Positions 1-10,566 of a DNA stretch of 64,000 nt are shown here, piece after piece (the stretch's first letter is position 1; the number at the start of each line of letters is the position of its first letter). The position numbers were made by a program, and so were the translations under genes. The DNA lies in contig JAQGLT010000056.1 in the NCBI GenBank assembly GCA_028292745.1, positions 15,860-79,859 on the forward strand, written 5' to 3'. This DNA comes from Polaromonas sp. Its GTDB lineage: Bacteria; Pseudomonadota; Gammaproteobacteria; Burkholderiales; Burkholderiaceae_C. The notes beneath the pieces were generated by a model, which made no database searches, was not told where the DNA came from, and worked only from the letters and a program-made list of their open reading frames with translations.

Positions 1-52
1 AAGCCAGCGCAGCGGCTGCCACTGCCAGGTGGATGAAGTTTTTGCGTTTCAT
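1..52 (-). CDS. TRAP transporter substrate-binding protein (DctP family), N-terminus only; runs off the window
   Basis: ATG at 52 with an AAGGAG RBS. Reads MKRKNFIHLAVAAAALA, a signal peptide. Directly follows the TRAP permease genes. Confidence 0.7.
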   Translation of the reverse strand, partial: MKRKNFIHLAVAAAALA

Positions 53-88
53 GAGAAGAGTCTCCTTGGGGTGAAAATTTTTTGCACT

Positions 89-1387
89 TCAGTAGCCCAG
101 CTTGCCGGGCAACCATAAAGCCAGTTGCGGAAAGGCGATCACCGCGACCAGCACCATGAACATCGCGGCCAGCATCCACACCACCCAGCGCACGGTTTCC
201 TCCATGCGCACATGGGCAATCCGGCAGGACACCATGAGATTGACCGCCAGCGGCGGCGTGAACTGGCCCAGCGCTACCTTGAGCGTCAAGATGACGCCGA
301 ACCAGACCAGATCCCAGTGGTAATACTGGGCAATCGGCAGGAGCAGCGGGACGAAAATCAAGAAAATGGAAATTCCGTCCAGAAACATTCCGACGGTGAT
401 CAGCATCAGGATCAGCAACGACAAAATGCCGTACTCGCCCAGCCCGGAATTGACAATCGCACGGGTCAGGGGATCGACAATGCCAAGCGTATTGAGTGAG
501 TAGGCAAAAATGCCGGCCAGCGACACCACCAGCAAGATCACCGCCGACAGTTCGCCGGCTTCGCGCAGGATGGGAAACAGGTCGCGAACAGTGATGGTGC
601 GGTAGATCACCATGCCGATGAAAAGTCCGTAGAACACCGCCACCACGGCTGCTTCGGTCGGCGTGAACCAGCCGGCGCGCATGCCACCCAATATCAGGAC
701 CGGGGCCGCCAGACCCCAGCTGGCATCGCGCAGGCTGGCCCAAAAGGGCGGCCGGGGCATGCTGGCTTCCAGCGCGCCCATCTTGTGTTTGCGCGCCAGC
801 CAGACGGCAGGCACGATCAGCGCCAATCCGGCCAGCACCCCTGGAATCATGCCTGCGGCAAACAGCGCAGGCACCGAAGCGCCGGGCACCAGCACCGAAT
901 AAATGATGAAGGCCACCGAGGGCGGAATCAAGATGTCGGTCGCCGCCGCCGCACCGACCACGCTGGCTGAAAATGCGGCTGGATAGCCGGCCCGGTTCAT
1001 CGCCGCGATCATGACGCCGCCCACTGCCGCCGCACATGCCGGCCCGGAGCCTGAAACGCCGCCCAGGAACATCGCCACGGCAATCGCGACCAGCGGCAGC
1101 ATGCCCGGGCCGCGCCCGACCACGGCCACCGCAAAATTGACTAGCCGCAACGCCACGCCCGAGCGGTCGAAAATCGAGCCGACCAGCACGAACATCGGGA
1201 TCGCCAGCAACGGGTATTTGCCCAGGCCCGCGTAAAAGTTTTGCGGCACGGCCAGCAGGCCAAACCATTGCCCATCCAGGTTGGCCAGCGCAATCGCTGC
1301 CGCGCCCGCCAAGCCCAGCGCCGCGCCTATCGGAACGCCCGCCAGCATCATGGCAATAAACGCCGCGAACAACAGGGTAGGAATCAT
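89..1387 (-). CDS. TRAP transporter large permease (DctM family)
   Basis: Polytopic membrane protein with LLAIPMF, ILIPPS and FTPTEAA motifs. Start MIPTLLF overlaps the small permease stop. Confidence 0.93.
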   Translation of the reverse strand: MIPTLLFAAFIAMMLAGVPIGAALGLAGAAAIALANLDGQWFGLLAVPQNFYAGLGKYPLLAIPMFVLVGSIFDRSGVALRLVNFAVAVVGRGPGMLPLVAIAVAMFLGGVSGSGPACAAAVGGVMIAAMNRAGYPAAFSASVVGAAAATDILIPPSVAFIIYSVLVPGASVPALFAAGMIPGVLAGLALIVPAVWLARKHKMGALEASMPRPPFWASLRDASWGLAAPVLILGGMRAGWFTPTEAAVVAVFYGLFIGMVIYRTITVRDLFPILREAGELSAVILLVVSLAGIFAYSLNTLGIVDPLTRAIVNSGLGEYGILSLLILMLITVGMFLDGISIFLIFVPLLLPIAQYYHWDLVWFGVILTLKVALGQFTPPLAVNLMVSCRIAHVRMEETVRWVVWMLAAMFMVLVAVIAFPQLALWLPGKLGY

Positions 1388-1911
1388 GCGCTTCTTCCGC
1401 GGCGCAAAAACAGGCCGACGGCGCGCAACGCGATGCCAATGGACAGGACAGGCAGCCAGATGGAATACCACCACTGCGGCACCCCGATGCCCGGCGAGGT
1501 TTCGCCAAAGCGGTAGTCGTCCCACACCAAACGAATGCTGAGCACGCCGACCAGCATGAAGAGCAAAGCCACCAGTGCGGCGCCCAAACGTGAAAGCGCC
1601 CTGCGCCTGGCCATCGAGCCGTTGTCGGAAAAATATTCAATGCGAATGTGCCGGTCCCGTGCAACGGCGGCCGAGCTGCCTACCAGCGCCAACACGATCA
1701 TCAAGAATACGGAAAACTCTTCGGTCCAGGCAAAGGACTGGCTTGTAAAGTAACGTGCCACAACATTGGCGAACGTGATCAATGCCAGCGCGCCCATGAC
1801 AAGCACTGTCAGCCAGTCCTCAAGCTTGAGGGGCACCCGGACAGGTGCATCAGTTTCATCAGGGGGCAGGGGGGAGGGGGGAGGGAGATCAGTGAGGGGC
1901 GAGGAAGACAT
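1384..1911 (-). CDS. TRAP transporter small permease (DctQ family)
   Basis: Four TM helices with NVVARY..WTEE and HIRIE motifs. Confidence 0.9.
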   Translation of the reverse strand: MSSSPLTDLPPPSPLPPDETDAPVRVPLKLEDWLTVLVMGALALITFANVVARYFTSQSFAWTEEFSVFLMIVLALVGSSAAVARDRHIRIEYFSDNGSMARRRALSRLGAALVALLFMLVGVLSIRLVWDDYRFGETSPGIGVPQWWYSIWLPVLSIGIALRAVGLFLRRGRSA

Positions 1912-2041
1912 GAAGTGAAAATAAAGCCTGAATAGTCGGTTTTGAGAGGTAGGCACTGATCCTGCCGCTGGATCGTATCGTAATGGGCGGCGGTTTTGCG
2001 CGCATCAGGTATTTCCTTAAGCCAGTGCGACAATCTGGCGC

Positions 2042-3121
2042 ATGAACCCAGCCGCGCCTGCACCCACCTCCGCCGTTCAACTCACCCTCACCCGCCCCGA
2101 CGACTGGCATCTGCATGTGCGCGACGGCGATGCCCTGCGTACCGTGGTGCCGCACACCGCCGCGCAATTCGGCCGGGCCATCATCATGCCCAATCTGCGT
2201 CCGCCGGTGACAACCGCCGCCCAGGCGCTTGCCTACCGCGAGCGCATCCAGGACGCCGTGCCCGAAGGCGTAGCGTTCGAGCCGCTGATGACGCTTTATT
2301 TGACCGACAACCTGCCGCCCGACGAGATCAAGCGCGCCAGGGACGCCGGCATGGTCGCCGCCAAGCTGTATCCGGCCGGCGCCACCACCAACAGCGATGC
2401 CGGCGTGACCGATCTGCGCAAGACTTACAAAACCCTGGAAGCGATGCAGCGCGAAGGCTTGCTGCTGCTGGTGCATGGCGAGGTCACCTCGCCCGACATC
2501 GACCTGTTCGACCGGGAGGCTGCCTTCATCGACACCCAGCTGATCCCGCTGCGCCGCGACTTTCCTGAACTCAAAATCGTGTTCGAGCACATCACGACGC
2601 GCGAAGCCGCGCAGTACGTGGCCGAGGCGGGCCGGTTCACCGGCGCCACCGTCACCGCGCACCACCTGCTGTACAACCGCAACGCGATTTTCACCGGCGG
2701 CATCCGGCCGCATTACTACTGCCTGCCGGTGCTCAAGCGCGAAACCCACCGGCTGGCGCTGGTCGAGGCGGCCACGTCGGGCAACGCCCGGTTCTTTCTG
2801 GGCACGGACAGCGCGCCCCATCCGGCGCACCTCAAGGAGCACGCCACCGGCTGCGCCGGTTGCTACACCGCGCATGCCGCCATCGAGCTGTATGCCGAGG
2901 CGTTCGACGCGGCGGGGGCGCTGGATAAATTGGAGGCCTTCGCCAGCTTCAACGGCGCTGATTTCTACGGCCTGCCGCGCAACCAGGGCAGCATCACCCT
3001 GAAGAAGGAAAGCTGGACGCCGCCGGCGAGCTTCGCCTTTGGCGAGGCTGAGCTGAAGCCGCTGCGCTCGGGGGAGGCGCTGCCTTGGAAGCTGATCAAT
3101 CCAACAGCGCAAAGCCGCTAA
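2042..3121 (+). CDS. pyrC: Dihydroorotase
   Basis: [21 protein letters not shown] and GTDSAPH motifs. Confidence 0.97.
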   Translation: MNPAAPAPTSAVQLTLTRPDDWHLHVRDGDALRTVVPHTAAQFGRAIIMPNLRPPVTTAAQALAYRERIQDAVPEGVAFEPLMTLYLTDNLPPDEIKRARDAGMVAAKLYPAGATTNSDAGVTDLRKTYKTLEAMQREGLLLLVHGEVTSPDIDLFDREAAFIDTQLIPLRRDFPELKIVFEHITTREAAQYVAEAGRFTGATVTAHHLLYNRNAIFTGGIRPHYYCLPVLKRETHRLALVEAATSGNARFFLGTDSAPHPAHLKEHATGCAGCYTAHAAIELYAEAFDAAGALDKLEAFASFNGADFYGLPRNQGSITLKKESWTPPASFAFGEAELKPLRSGEALPWKLINPTAQSR

Positions 3122-3948
3122 TGGAGCGAAAACCCCGCGTTGCCTTGTTGATTGACGCTGACAATTCACCGGCCTCGAAAATCGATCTGATCCTTAATGA
3201 ACTCTCCACTTTTGGCGAAACCAATATCCGTCGCGCCTATGGGAACTGGAAAAAGAGTGAATTAAAGGGTTGGGAGGAGGTGCTGCACGAGCATGCCATC
3301 CGCCCGATGCAGCAGTTTGATTACACCAAGGGCAAAAATGCCAGTGACATGGCGATGGTGATCGATGCGTTGGAGCTCCTCTACACCGATCGACCCGACG
3401 CTTTTGGTATTGTCTCGTCCGATGCAGATTTCACGCCCCTAGTGATGCATCTGCGCGCCAAGGGTGCCGCCGTGTACGGCTTTGGGGCACAGAAAACGCC
3501 GGAGCCTTTTGTAAATGCTTGCTCGCGCTTTTTGTACATGGAGCGCCTTGGCGCCGGCGATGGGTCCGAGATGGTTCAGGCCGAGCCTGCACTTGCCAGT
3601 ACGCCAACACCCGGCATCCTCGGCACCGCAACAACGAGCGTCGTGCCTTCCCCAGTAAAAACAGCCCAAGCTCTGCGAGTTCCTGCCGAGGAGTTGAAGA
3701 AAGATCTGAAACTGGTCAGTTTGCTTCGAGGTGCCGTTATAGCCTGCGAAGATGAAGGCGGGTGGTCGAAGGTGGGTGCAGTCAGGGCGCATATTGGCAA
3801 CAAGGCGTCGTTTGATTCGCGTAATTATGGGTATGCGACATTGAGCAAATTGCTGACTGCCACAGGAGCTTTTGAGTTGCGTGACGAAGGTACGCCTAAA
3901 GTCAACGTGCGTGACAAACGGCATCATTTGTCCTTTATATCAAAGTGA
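3121..3948 (+). CDS. NYN (LabA/DUF88, PIN-like) domain protein with C-terminal OST-HTH/LOTUS domain
   Basis: LLIDADN, RRAYGNW, KGKNASD and SSDADF motifs. C-terminal FDSRNYGYATLSKLL. TAATG overlap with pyrC. Confidence 0.88.
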   Translation: MERKPRVALLIDADNSPASKIDLILNELSTFGETNIRRAYGNWKKSELKGWEEVLHEHAIRPMQQFDYTKGKNASDMAMVIDALELLYTDRPDAFGIVSSDADFTPLVMHLRAKGAAVYGFGAQKTPEPFVNACSRFLYMERLGAGDGSEMVQAEPALASTPTPGILGTATTSVVPSPVKTAQALRVPAEELKKDLKLVSLLRGAVIACEDEGGWSKVGAVRAHIGNKASFDSRNYGYATLSKLLTATGAFELRDEGTPKVNVRDKRHHLSFISK

Positions 3949-4769
3949 AGCGCCTCCCTGGAAGGATTTCGGATGTGCAGGCCATTGATTGGTCTGCGGC
4001 CTGGCTGGGCGGTTGGCGCGAATTTGGGGAACCGGCTAGCTCATCTGTGGCTGAAGGTGTGCCTGTACATGAAGCGTTGAATTGCCAGAAGACGGTGGGG
4101 ACAAGATTCGTCTGCCAAATTGCACTGCCATTTGATGAGCCTTACGAACGCTATATCTTCACGACCTCTACCGTTCCCACCCGCGACAACCTGCACGACT
4201 TCTTCAACGGCCTGTGCTGGCTGCGCTTTCCCCAGACCAAGCGGCGGCTGAACCAGTTGCAGGCGGCGGAGATTGAAAAAGCCGGCATCCAGCCCCTGCG
4301 CGGCGCGGTGCGCGACGCGCTGACGGTCTTCGACGAAAACGCCGCCTTCCTGCTGGCGCCGCAGCCGCTCTGGGATGCCTTGCTCGCCCGCGACTGGCAG
4401 CGCCTGTTTATTAGCCTGCGGCCGCTCTGGCAAGAGGCGCAGTTAGTCCTTTTCGGTCATGCGCTGCTCGAAAAGCTGGTTTATCCACGAAAACACATCA
4501 CAGCGCATGTGTATCAAGCGCAACCAGCTATTAATTCAATAGCAGAGCTGGATGGCTGGATTGCCGGCGACCTGCATGCCCCCAAGCTGGCCCGCAAGCC
4601 GTTTACTCCCCTGCCGGTGCTGGGCGTGCCGGGCTGGTGGCCGGGAAATGAAGACCTTTCTTTTTATGACGACATCAGTGTTTTTCGTCCGCGCAGGGAA
4701 GGCGAAAACAGGCAGAAAAACCATGTCCGGCCGCTTCAAAATCCTTACAAAAAACTTGATTTGGACTGA
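3945..4769 (+). CDS. DUF3025 family protein
   Basis: VPTRDNLHDFFNGL, RDALTVFDEN, FGHALLEKL and PLPVLGVPGW motifs. GTG start overlaps the upstream stop. Confidence 0.82.
   Translation: MKRLPGRISDVQAIDWSAAWLGGWREFGEPASSSVAEGVPVHEALNCQKTVGTRFVCQIALPFDEPYERYIFTTSTVPTRDNLHDFFNGLCWLRFPQTKRRLNQLQAAEIEKAGIQPLRGAVRDALTVFDENAAFLLAPQPLWDALLARDWQRLFISLRPLWQEAQLVLFGHALLEKLVYPRKHITAHVYQAQPAINSIAELDGWIAGDLHAPKLARKPFTPLPVLGVPGWWPGNEDLSFYDDISVFRPRREGENRQKNHVRPLQNPYKKLDLD
4480..4544 (-). repeat. Double-palindrome motif copy 1 (inside DUF3025 gene)
   Basis: Minus strand reads GCTAT-TGAATTA-ATAGC-TGGTT-GCGC-TTGATACACAT-GCGC. Confidence 0.8.
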
Positions 4770-4866
4770 AAAATCACTATTTTCCCCTTGTAACCGCACA
4801 ATCGGGCTCAATGTCCCATTGCGTCCTTCCCGCTGTTAACAACTAAACGACTTTTTCGGAGAATCC

Positions 4867-5742
4867 ATGAAACGCATCCTTTTGTTTGTACTGACCAACA
4901 TTGCCGTGGTGGCCGTGCTGGGCATCGTGGCGAGCTTGCTGGGCGTGAACCGTTTCCTTACGCCCAACGGTCTGAACCTGCAGATGCTCCTCGGCTTTGC
5001 CCTGGTGATCGGCTTTGGCGGCGCGATTATTTCTCTGCTGATCAGCAAGCCGATGGCCAAATGGTCGTCGGGCGTGCGTGTCATCAACGAACCCCAGAAC
5101 GCCGACGAGGCCTGGATTGTCGAGACGGTGCGCAGGTTGGCCGACAAGGCGAAGATCGGCATGCCGGAAGTCGGTATTTTCGAGGGCGCCCCCAATGCCT
5201 TCGCGACCGGTGCGTTCAAGAATTCGTCGCTGGTGGCCGTGTCCACCGGTTTGCTTCAGGGCATGACCAAGGAAGAAATCGAGGCGGTGATCGGCCACGA
5301 AATTGCCCACGTGGCCAATGGCGACATGGTCACCATGACGCTGATCCAGGGCGTGATGAACACCTTCGTGGTGTTTTTATCGCGCGTGATCGGCTATGCC
5401 GTGGACAGTTTTTTGCGCCGTGGCGACAACAACAGCTCCGGCCCGGGTATTGGTTATTACGTGAGCACCATCGTGCTCGATATCGTGCTGGGGTTTGCCG
5501 CGGCCATGGTTGTCGCCTGGTTTTCGCGCCACCGGGAGTTCCGGGCGGATGCCGGTTCGGCCCAATTGCTGGGCCGCAAGCAGCCGATGATGAATGCGCT
5601 GGCGCGACTTGGGGGCATGCAGCCCGGCGAACTGCCGAAGGCAGTTCAAACCCTGGGCATTACCGGCGATATTGGCAAGCTGTTTGCCACGCATCCACCC
5701 ATCGAGGAGCGCATTGCCGCGCTTCAAAACGCACAGGGCTGA
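4867..5742 (+). CDS. htpX: Membrane zinc metalloprotease HtpX
   Basis: PNAFATG, HEIAH (HExxH), REFRAD and THPPIEERI motifs. Confidence 0.96.
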   Translation: MKRILLFVLTNIAVVAVLGIVASLLGVNRFLTPNGLNLQMLLGFALVIGFGGAIISLLISKPMAKWSSGVRVINEPQNADEAWIVETVRRLADKAKIGMPEVGIFEGAPNAFATGAFKNSSLVAVSTGLLQGMTKEEIEAVIGHEIAHVANGDMVTMTLIQGVMNTFVVFLSRVIGYAVDSFLRRGDNNSSGPGIGYYVSTIVLDIVLGFAAAMVVAWFSRHREFRADAGSAQLLGRKQPMMNALARLGGMQPGELPKAVQTLGITGDIGKLFATHPPIEERIAALQNAQG

Positions 5743-5762
5743 GGGGGTTTTTTTGTTTTTCG

Positions 5763-5791
5763 AAGGCCGGCACCATGCCGGCCTTTTTTAT
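5763..5791. terminator. Intrinsic terminator between convergent htpX and the ProQ-family gene
   Basis: AAGGCCGGCA-CCA-TGCCGGCCTT hairpin followed by a T-tract. Confidence 0.75.
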
Positions 5792-6570
5792 TGCGCTGCG
5801 GCTTCGTCGGCCGGCGTGGTGTCTTGCGGCGTTTCCTGGACCTTGGCGGCAATGGTGGCCTGCGCTTTCTGGGCGATGCGTGCCCGTTCAAGCGTGCCGG
5901 CCACCTCGGCCGGGTCCATGCCGTACATGTCGGCAAATTCGGCGATGGTTTTGCCGCTGGCCTCAAATGTCTTGCGCAAGGCCTCGCGCTTGGCCGCCTG
6001 CTCGCCAAGCTCGGCAAAGGCCTCGTCGAGCAGGGCGGCAGACGTCTCATCCTGCTGGCGCACGCACAGCAGGTAGTCTTCGCGGCTCAGCCCGGAGGAT
6101 TCAATGGCCTCGATCAGCTGGGCCCGCGCATAGGGTCGCAAATCCTGGTTCGAACGTGCCTGGCGACGGCGAAACACTTCCATGATGGCGTGGTGGACAT
6201 GTTCCGGGGCCACTGGCTCCACCGGTTCGCCGTTCAGGTCATGGCGCTGCAGGCCGGCAGCCACGCTTTCCAGGTAGCGGGTCGAGCGGGCATGCAGGCC
6301 CAGCGCTACTTTGAGCTCATCGCGCTTGAACAGTTCAGGGTGCAGCGCCAGCAGTTCCTGAAAAACGCCCAGCTTGAGCGGAAGGAATTGCGCGCCAAAC
6401 ATCTTGGGATACAGCTCAAAAAGCTGTTGCAGCACGGGATGGACAGGACGGGGCGTGCGCGCCGGATTTTGCTGCTTTGCTGCCGGCGGGCGGCCGCGCG
6501 CGCCCTGGCGTGCCGGGCGTTGAGGAGCGGCTGCCGGTGCAGCGGAGGGAGGTAAGGTGTCAGTCATCAA
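5788..6570 (-). CDS. ProQ/FinO family RNA-binding protein
   Basis: PLKLGVFQEL and ARSTRYL..RHDLNGEP signatures of the FinO domain. Confidence 0.85.
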   Translation of the reverse strand: MMTDTLPPSAAPAAAPQRPARQGARGRPPAAKQQNPARTPRPVHPVLQQLFELYPKMFGAQFLPLKLGVFQELLALHPELFKRDELKVALGLHARSTRYLESVAAGLQRHDLNGEPVEPVAPEHVHHAIMEVFRRRQARSNQDLRPYARAQLIEAIESSGLSREDYLLCVRQQDETSAALLDEAFAELGEQAAKREALRKTFEASGKTIAEFADMYGMDPAEVAGTLERARIAQKAQATIAAKVQETPQDTTPADEAAAQ

Positions 6571-6700
6571 TCGGTTCAGTCAGGTTGAGATGCGGACGGC
6601 GCATTGGCGCCGGTTCAAAAAGGGAGCAGCCGGGTCAGGCATGGCGGTGGAGTGTGAAACCGTGTGGGCGAAGTATCCCCTATCCCTTGCGCGGCCACTG

Positions 6701-8362
6701 TCAGGCAGCGGCCAGTCGCGGGCTTTGTGCCTGCCCCAGCAACGTGCGGGCGACAGCTTCGGCCACCCGGATGCCGTCCACGCCTGCGGACAGGATGCCG
6801 CCTGCGTAGCTTGCGCCTTCGCCTGCCGGGTACAGGCCGCGCACGTTCAGGCTCTGCAGATCCTCGCCCCGGCTCATCTTGATGGGGGAGGAGGTGCGGG
6901 TTTCCACGCCCGTCAGCACCGCGTCGTGCATGTCAAAGCCCTGGAGTCTGCGGCCGAAAGCCGGGAAGGCCTCGCGCATGGCGTCAATTGCATAGGCGGG
7001 CAGGGCGGATGACAGATCGCCAATCGCCACGCCCGGCTTGTAGGAAGGATTGACGCCGCCCAGCCCGGTTGAAGGCCGGCCTGCCATGAAATCGCCCACC
7101 AGCTGGCCCGGCGCTTCGTAGTTGCCGCCGCCCAGCACAAACGCATGGGATTCGAGCCGGCGCTGCAATTCGATGCCCGCCAGGGGGTGGCCGGGATAGT
7201 CGCGCGGGTCGATGCCCACCACAATGCCCGCATTGGCATTGCGCTCGTTGCGCGAATACTGGCTCATGCCATTGGTCACCACCCGGCCGGGCTCGGACGT
7301 GGCCGCCACCACGGTGCCGCCCGGGCACATGCAAAAGCTGTACACCGACCGCCCGTTGCTGGCGTGGTGCACCAGTTTGTATTCGGCCGCGCCCAGAGAC
7401 GGGTGCCCGGCATGGCGGCCCCAGCGGGCCCGGTCGATCAGGCCTTGCGGATGCTCGACCCGAAAGCCGATGGAAAAGGGCTTCGCCTCGACATGCACGC
7501 CGCGCGCATGCAGCATGGCAAACGTGTCGCGGGCGCTGTGGCCCAGCGCCAGCACCACCTGGTCGGCGCGCAGCTCCTGTGTCTGGCCAGTGGCCTGGTC
7601 CAGCACGGTCACGCCGCGAATGTGCCGATTTGCGGCTTCGCCCTCGATCAGCACATCGGTCACGCGCTGCTCGAAGCGGATGTCTCCACCCAGCGCCATG
7701 ATCTGCTCGCGCATGTTTTCCACCACCTTGACCAGCTTGAAGGTGCCGATGTGCGGATGCGCTTCGTAAAGGATGTCGGCCGGCGCGCCGGCCTTGACGA
7801 ACTCGTTCATCACCTTGCGGCCCAGGTAGCGCGGGTCCTTGATCTGGCTGTAGAGCTTGCCGTCGGAAAAAGTGCCGGCGCCGCCTTCGCCGAACTGCAC
7901 ATTGGATTCGGGGTTCAGCACATTCTTGCGCCACAGGCCCCAGGTGTCCTTGGTGCGCTGGCGCACGGGCTTGCCACGTTCGAGCACGATGGGCCGGAAC
8001 CCCATCTGCGCCAGCACCAGGGCCGCAAACATGCCGCAGGGGCCAAAGCCGACCACCACCGGGCGCAATGACTGGCTGTCGGGGGCTGCTCCGACAGGAC
8101 GGTAGGCCATGTCGGGCGTGGGCAGGATATGCGGGTTGCCGGCATGCCTTTGCAGCAGCGCCGCTTCCAGGCCGGGATCGGCCAGTTCCACATCCAGGAT
8201 ATAGACCTGCATGATGACGGACTTGCGGGCATCGAAGCTGCGCTTGAACACGGTGAAACGCGCCAGCGCGGCGGGCGTGATCTGCAGAGTCTGGAGGAGG
8301 ACGGCCTGCAGCGCGTCTTCGGCGTGGGCGAGCGGGAGTTTGATTTCAGTCAGTCGCAGCAT
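6701..8362 (-). CDS. NAD(P)/FAD-dependent oxidoreductase
   Basis: VVGFGPCG Rossmann motif, GEGGAGTFSDGKL, YSFCMCPGG and GEGASYAGGI. Start taken at MLRLTEIKL. Confidence 0.9.
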   Translation of the reverse strand: MLRLTEIKLPLAHAEDALQAVLLQTLQITPAALARFTVFKRSFDARKSVIMQVYILDVELADPGLEAALLQRHAGNPHILPTPDMAYRPVGAAPDSQSLRPVVVGFGPCGMFAALVLAQMGFRPIVLERGKPVRQRTKDTWGLWRKNVLNPESNVQFGEGGAGTFSDGKLYSQIKDPRYLGRKVMNEFVKAGAPADILYEAHPHIGTFKLVKVVENMREQIMALGGDIRFEQRVTDVLIEGEAANRHIRGVTVLDQATGQTQELRADQVVLALGHSARDTFAMLHARGVHVEAKPFSIGFRVEHPQGLIDRARWGRHAGHPSLGAAEYKLVHHASNGRSVYSFCMCPGGTVVAATSEPGRVVTNGMSQYSRNERNANAGIVVGIDPRDYPGHPLAGIELQRRLESHAFVLGGGNYEAPGQLVGDFMAGRPSTGLGGVNPSYKPGVAIGDLSSALPAYAIDAMREAFPAFGRRLQGFDMHDAVLTGVETRTSSPIKMSRGEDLQSLNVRGLYPAGEGASYAGGILSAGVDGIRVAEAVARTLLGQAQSPRLAAA

Positions 8363-8522
8363 GGATTGTCCGGTTCGTGGCTTGTGGTTATCAAGCAGAA
8401 GGCCGTAATGATAAAGGCGATAGGGCTCCATGCCTGCCTTGCCGCTGCCTGGCTGTTCACCGCAGCGGGTCAGGCCGGTCAAGCAGGTGGCGGACCAGGC
8501 CCGTGCGCTTCAAATGGATGGG

Positions 8523-9440
8523 TCAGGTTGGAAAAAACCCTTCGACCGACAGGTAGCGCTCACCGGTGTCGTAGTTGAAACCCAGTACGCGGGTGCCGGC
8601 GGGCAGCTCCTGCAATTTCTGAGAAATGGCGGCCAGCGTAGCGCCCGATGAAATGCCGACCAGCATGCCTTCCTCGCTGGCCGAGCGGCGCGCCATTTCG
8701 CGGGCCGGCTCCGCATCGACCAGGATCACGCCGTCGAGCACGCCGGTGTCCAGGTTCGCGGGAATGAACCCGGCGCCTATGCCCTGGATCGGATGCGGAG
8801 CGGGCGAACCGCCTGAGATGACAGGCGATGCGGCAGGTTCAACGGCAAACACCTCCAGCCGAGGCCAGGCGGCTTTGAGCACCCTGGCGCAACCGGTGAG
8901 ATGGCCACCCGTGCCGACCCCGGTAATGAGCACATCCAGTCCCTCGGGAAAGTCAGCCAGGATTTCCTGCGCCGTGGTGCGGGCATGGACATCGATATTC
9001 GCGGGATTTTCAAATTGATGGGGCATCCATGCGCCTGGCGTTGCCGCGACCAGTTCTTGCGCCCGGGCAATCGAGCCTTTCATGCCTTTTTCGCGCGGCG
9101 TCAGGTCAAAACTGGCGCCGTAAGCCAGCATCAGGCGGCGGCGCTCCACCGACATGCTGTCGGGCATGACCAGCACCAGCTTGTAGCCCTTCACGGCCGC
9201 CACCATGGCCAGGCCGATGCCAGTGTTGCCCGAAGTGGGCTCGACGATGGTTCCGCCCGGCTGCAGCGCGCCCGACTTTTCAGCGGCCTCGACCATTGCC
9301 AGCGCAATGCGGTCCTTGATGGAGCCGCCCGGGTTGGCGCGCTCGGACTTGACCCATACCTGGGCATTCGGGCCAAACAGGCGATTGATGCGGACATGGG
9401 GCGTGTTGCCAATGGTGGCGAGAATGCTGTCGGCTTTCAT
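8523..9440 (-). CDS. cysK: Cysteine synthase A
   Basis: NPGGSIKDR (PLP lysine), [14 protein letters not shown] and IQGIGAG motifs. Confidence 0.94.
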   Translation of the reverse strand: MKADSILATIGNTPHVRINRLFGPNAQVWVKSERANPGGSIKDRIALAMVEAAEKSGALQPGGTIVEPTSGNTGIGLAMVAAVKGYKLVLVMPDSMSVERRRLMLAYGASFDLTPREKGMKGSIARAQELVAATPGAWMPHQFENPANIDVHARTTAQEILADFPEGLDVLITGVGTGGHLTGCARVLKAAWPRLEVFAVEPAASPVISGGSPAPHPIQGIGAGFIPANLDTGVLDGVILVDAEPAREMARRSASEEGMLVGISSGATLAAISQKLQELPAGTRVLGFNYDTGERYLSVEGFFPT

Positions 9441-9500
9441 GGAGTCCCTTTTCATGGTCAGTGGGAAAATCACATTGTGGCGCACTGCCATAATAGAGCG

Positions 9501-9838
9501 GTGAAGCCTGCCAGACCGCCGCTGGTGCAATCTGGGAAACCAGGCACTGGAGGAACGTCCGGACTGCACAGGACAGCGTCGGAGGTAACACCTCTCCACC
9601 GTGAGGTGAGGATCAGAGCAACAGAGACGAGCCGGTTAAGTCCGGGTGAAACGGGCAATCTCTACGCGCAGCAACACCAAATAGGCCAGCAGTGATGTGG
9701 TTCCGCAGAGCTGGCGGGTAGGTGGCACCGAGCCGGGCAGGCGACTCCCGGCCCAGATTAATGGCGGTCACACCCGGCCGGCTTGCCTTCGGGCAAGGCG
9801 GCCGGGCGCACAAAATCCGGCTTATCGGCGGGCTTCAC
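9501..9838 (+). ncRNA. rnpB: RNase P RNA (type A, compact)
   Basis: P1 pairs GTGAAGCCTGCC with GGCGGGCTTCAC. CR-I is GAGGAACGTCCGG, followed by GCAACAGAGA and GGTGAAAC. CR-V is ACAAAATCCGGCTTAT. A TGcCATAAT -10 lies at 9486-9494. Confidence 0.93.
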
Positions 9839-9866
9839 ACTTAATTCATACGCCCAAGCTATGGTC

Positions 9867-10406
9867 TCAGTGGCTGCCCAGCAGCGAGCGTCCCAGGGCA
9901 AACACCGAATTCGGTACCGTGGTCTGCACCGGTTTGGGCCGGGGCGTGGCGAACACGCCGCGCTTGGCGGGCCGGGGTTCGATTTTGACGCCCCGGGCGC
10001 GCTGCTCGCTTGCCAGGTGGCGCAAGCTGATGGATTGCATATGCTCGACCATTTTGCTGTTCAGCGCAGCCCACAGCTCTTGTGTCATCCATTCCCCTCC
10101 GCCTTCCTGGGCCGCAGGGGTTTTCTTGGCCAGGCCCAGCTTCTGGGATGAAAACTCGATGGCGCCGATGATGTCGGCGACCGAGATGGTTTCGCTGGCG
10201 CGGCTCAGCGAATAACCGCCACCGGGTCCCCGGGTGCTTTCCACCAGTTTGGACCGGCGTAACTTGCTGAACAGCTGCTCAAGATAGGACACGGAAATGT
10301 TGTGCCGTTGGCCGATATCGGCCAGCGAGACGGGACCGGCATTTCCCTGCAGGGCAATATCGATCATGGCAGTCACAGCAAAACGGCCTCTGGTGCTCAG
10401 TCGCAT
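9867..10406 (-). CDS. Rrf2-family regulator; IscR-like paralog lacking the Fe-S ligands
   Basis: MRLSTRGRFAVTAMID, SYLEQLFSKLRR and STRGPGGGY match the IscR N-terminus. The protein contains no Cys. Confidence 0.88.
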   Translation of the reverse strand: MRLSTRGRFAVTAMIDIALQGNAGPVSLADIGQRHNISVSYLEQLFSKLRRSKLVESTRGPGGGYSLSRASETISVADIIGAIEFSSQKLGLAKKTPAAQEGGGEWMTQELWAALNSKMVEHMQSISLRHLASEQRARGVKIEPRPAKRGVFATPRPKPVQTTVPNSVFALGRSLLGSH

Positions 10407-10500
10407 GGTTGTTCTCCTTTACACATCAACAAATGACGTCATACGGCGCACTATAAAAACTTTTTTAGTTCGTGTAAATTCGTATTTAAAGCCAAATCAT

Positions 10501-10515
10501 TTCGAATAATACGAA
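10501..10515. promoter_or_regulatory. Putative LysR (T-N11-A) operator between the Rrf2 and nhaR-like genes
   Basis: TTCG-AATAATA-CGAA inverted repeat in an AT-rich divergent intergenic region. Confidence 0.55.
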
Positions 10516-10566
10516 CTGTCGGGTTGCTCGGCAGCTAACGTGGCAACAGACCGAGGAAATCAAGCC

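Noticed and set aside
4503-4543. Double-palindrome motif as an OxyR or ordinary LysR operator (it contains T-N11-A and CTAT-N7-ATAG)
   Set aside because: The outer ATAG/CTAT tetrads of OxyR sites are absent, and over half the copies are deep inside unrelated genes. Binding by some LysR is not formally excluded.
8523-10406. Cys-free Rrf2 near cysK as a CymR-CysK type pair
   Set aside because: The sequence is IscR-like, it lacks the C-terminal Ile used by known CysK partners, and rnpB separates the genes.
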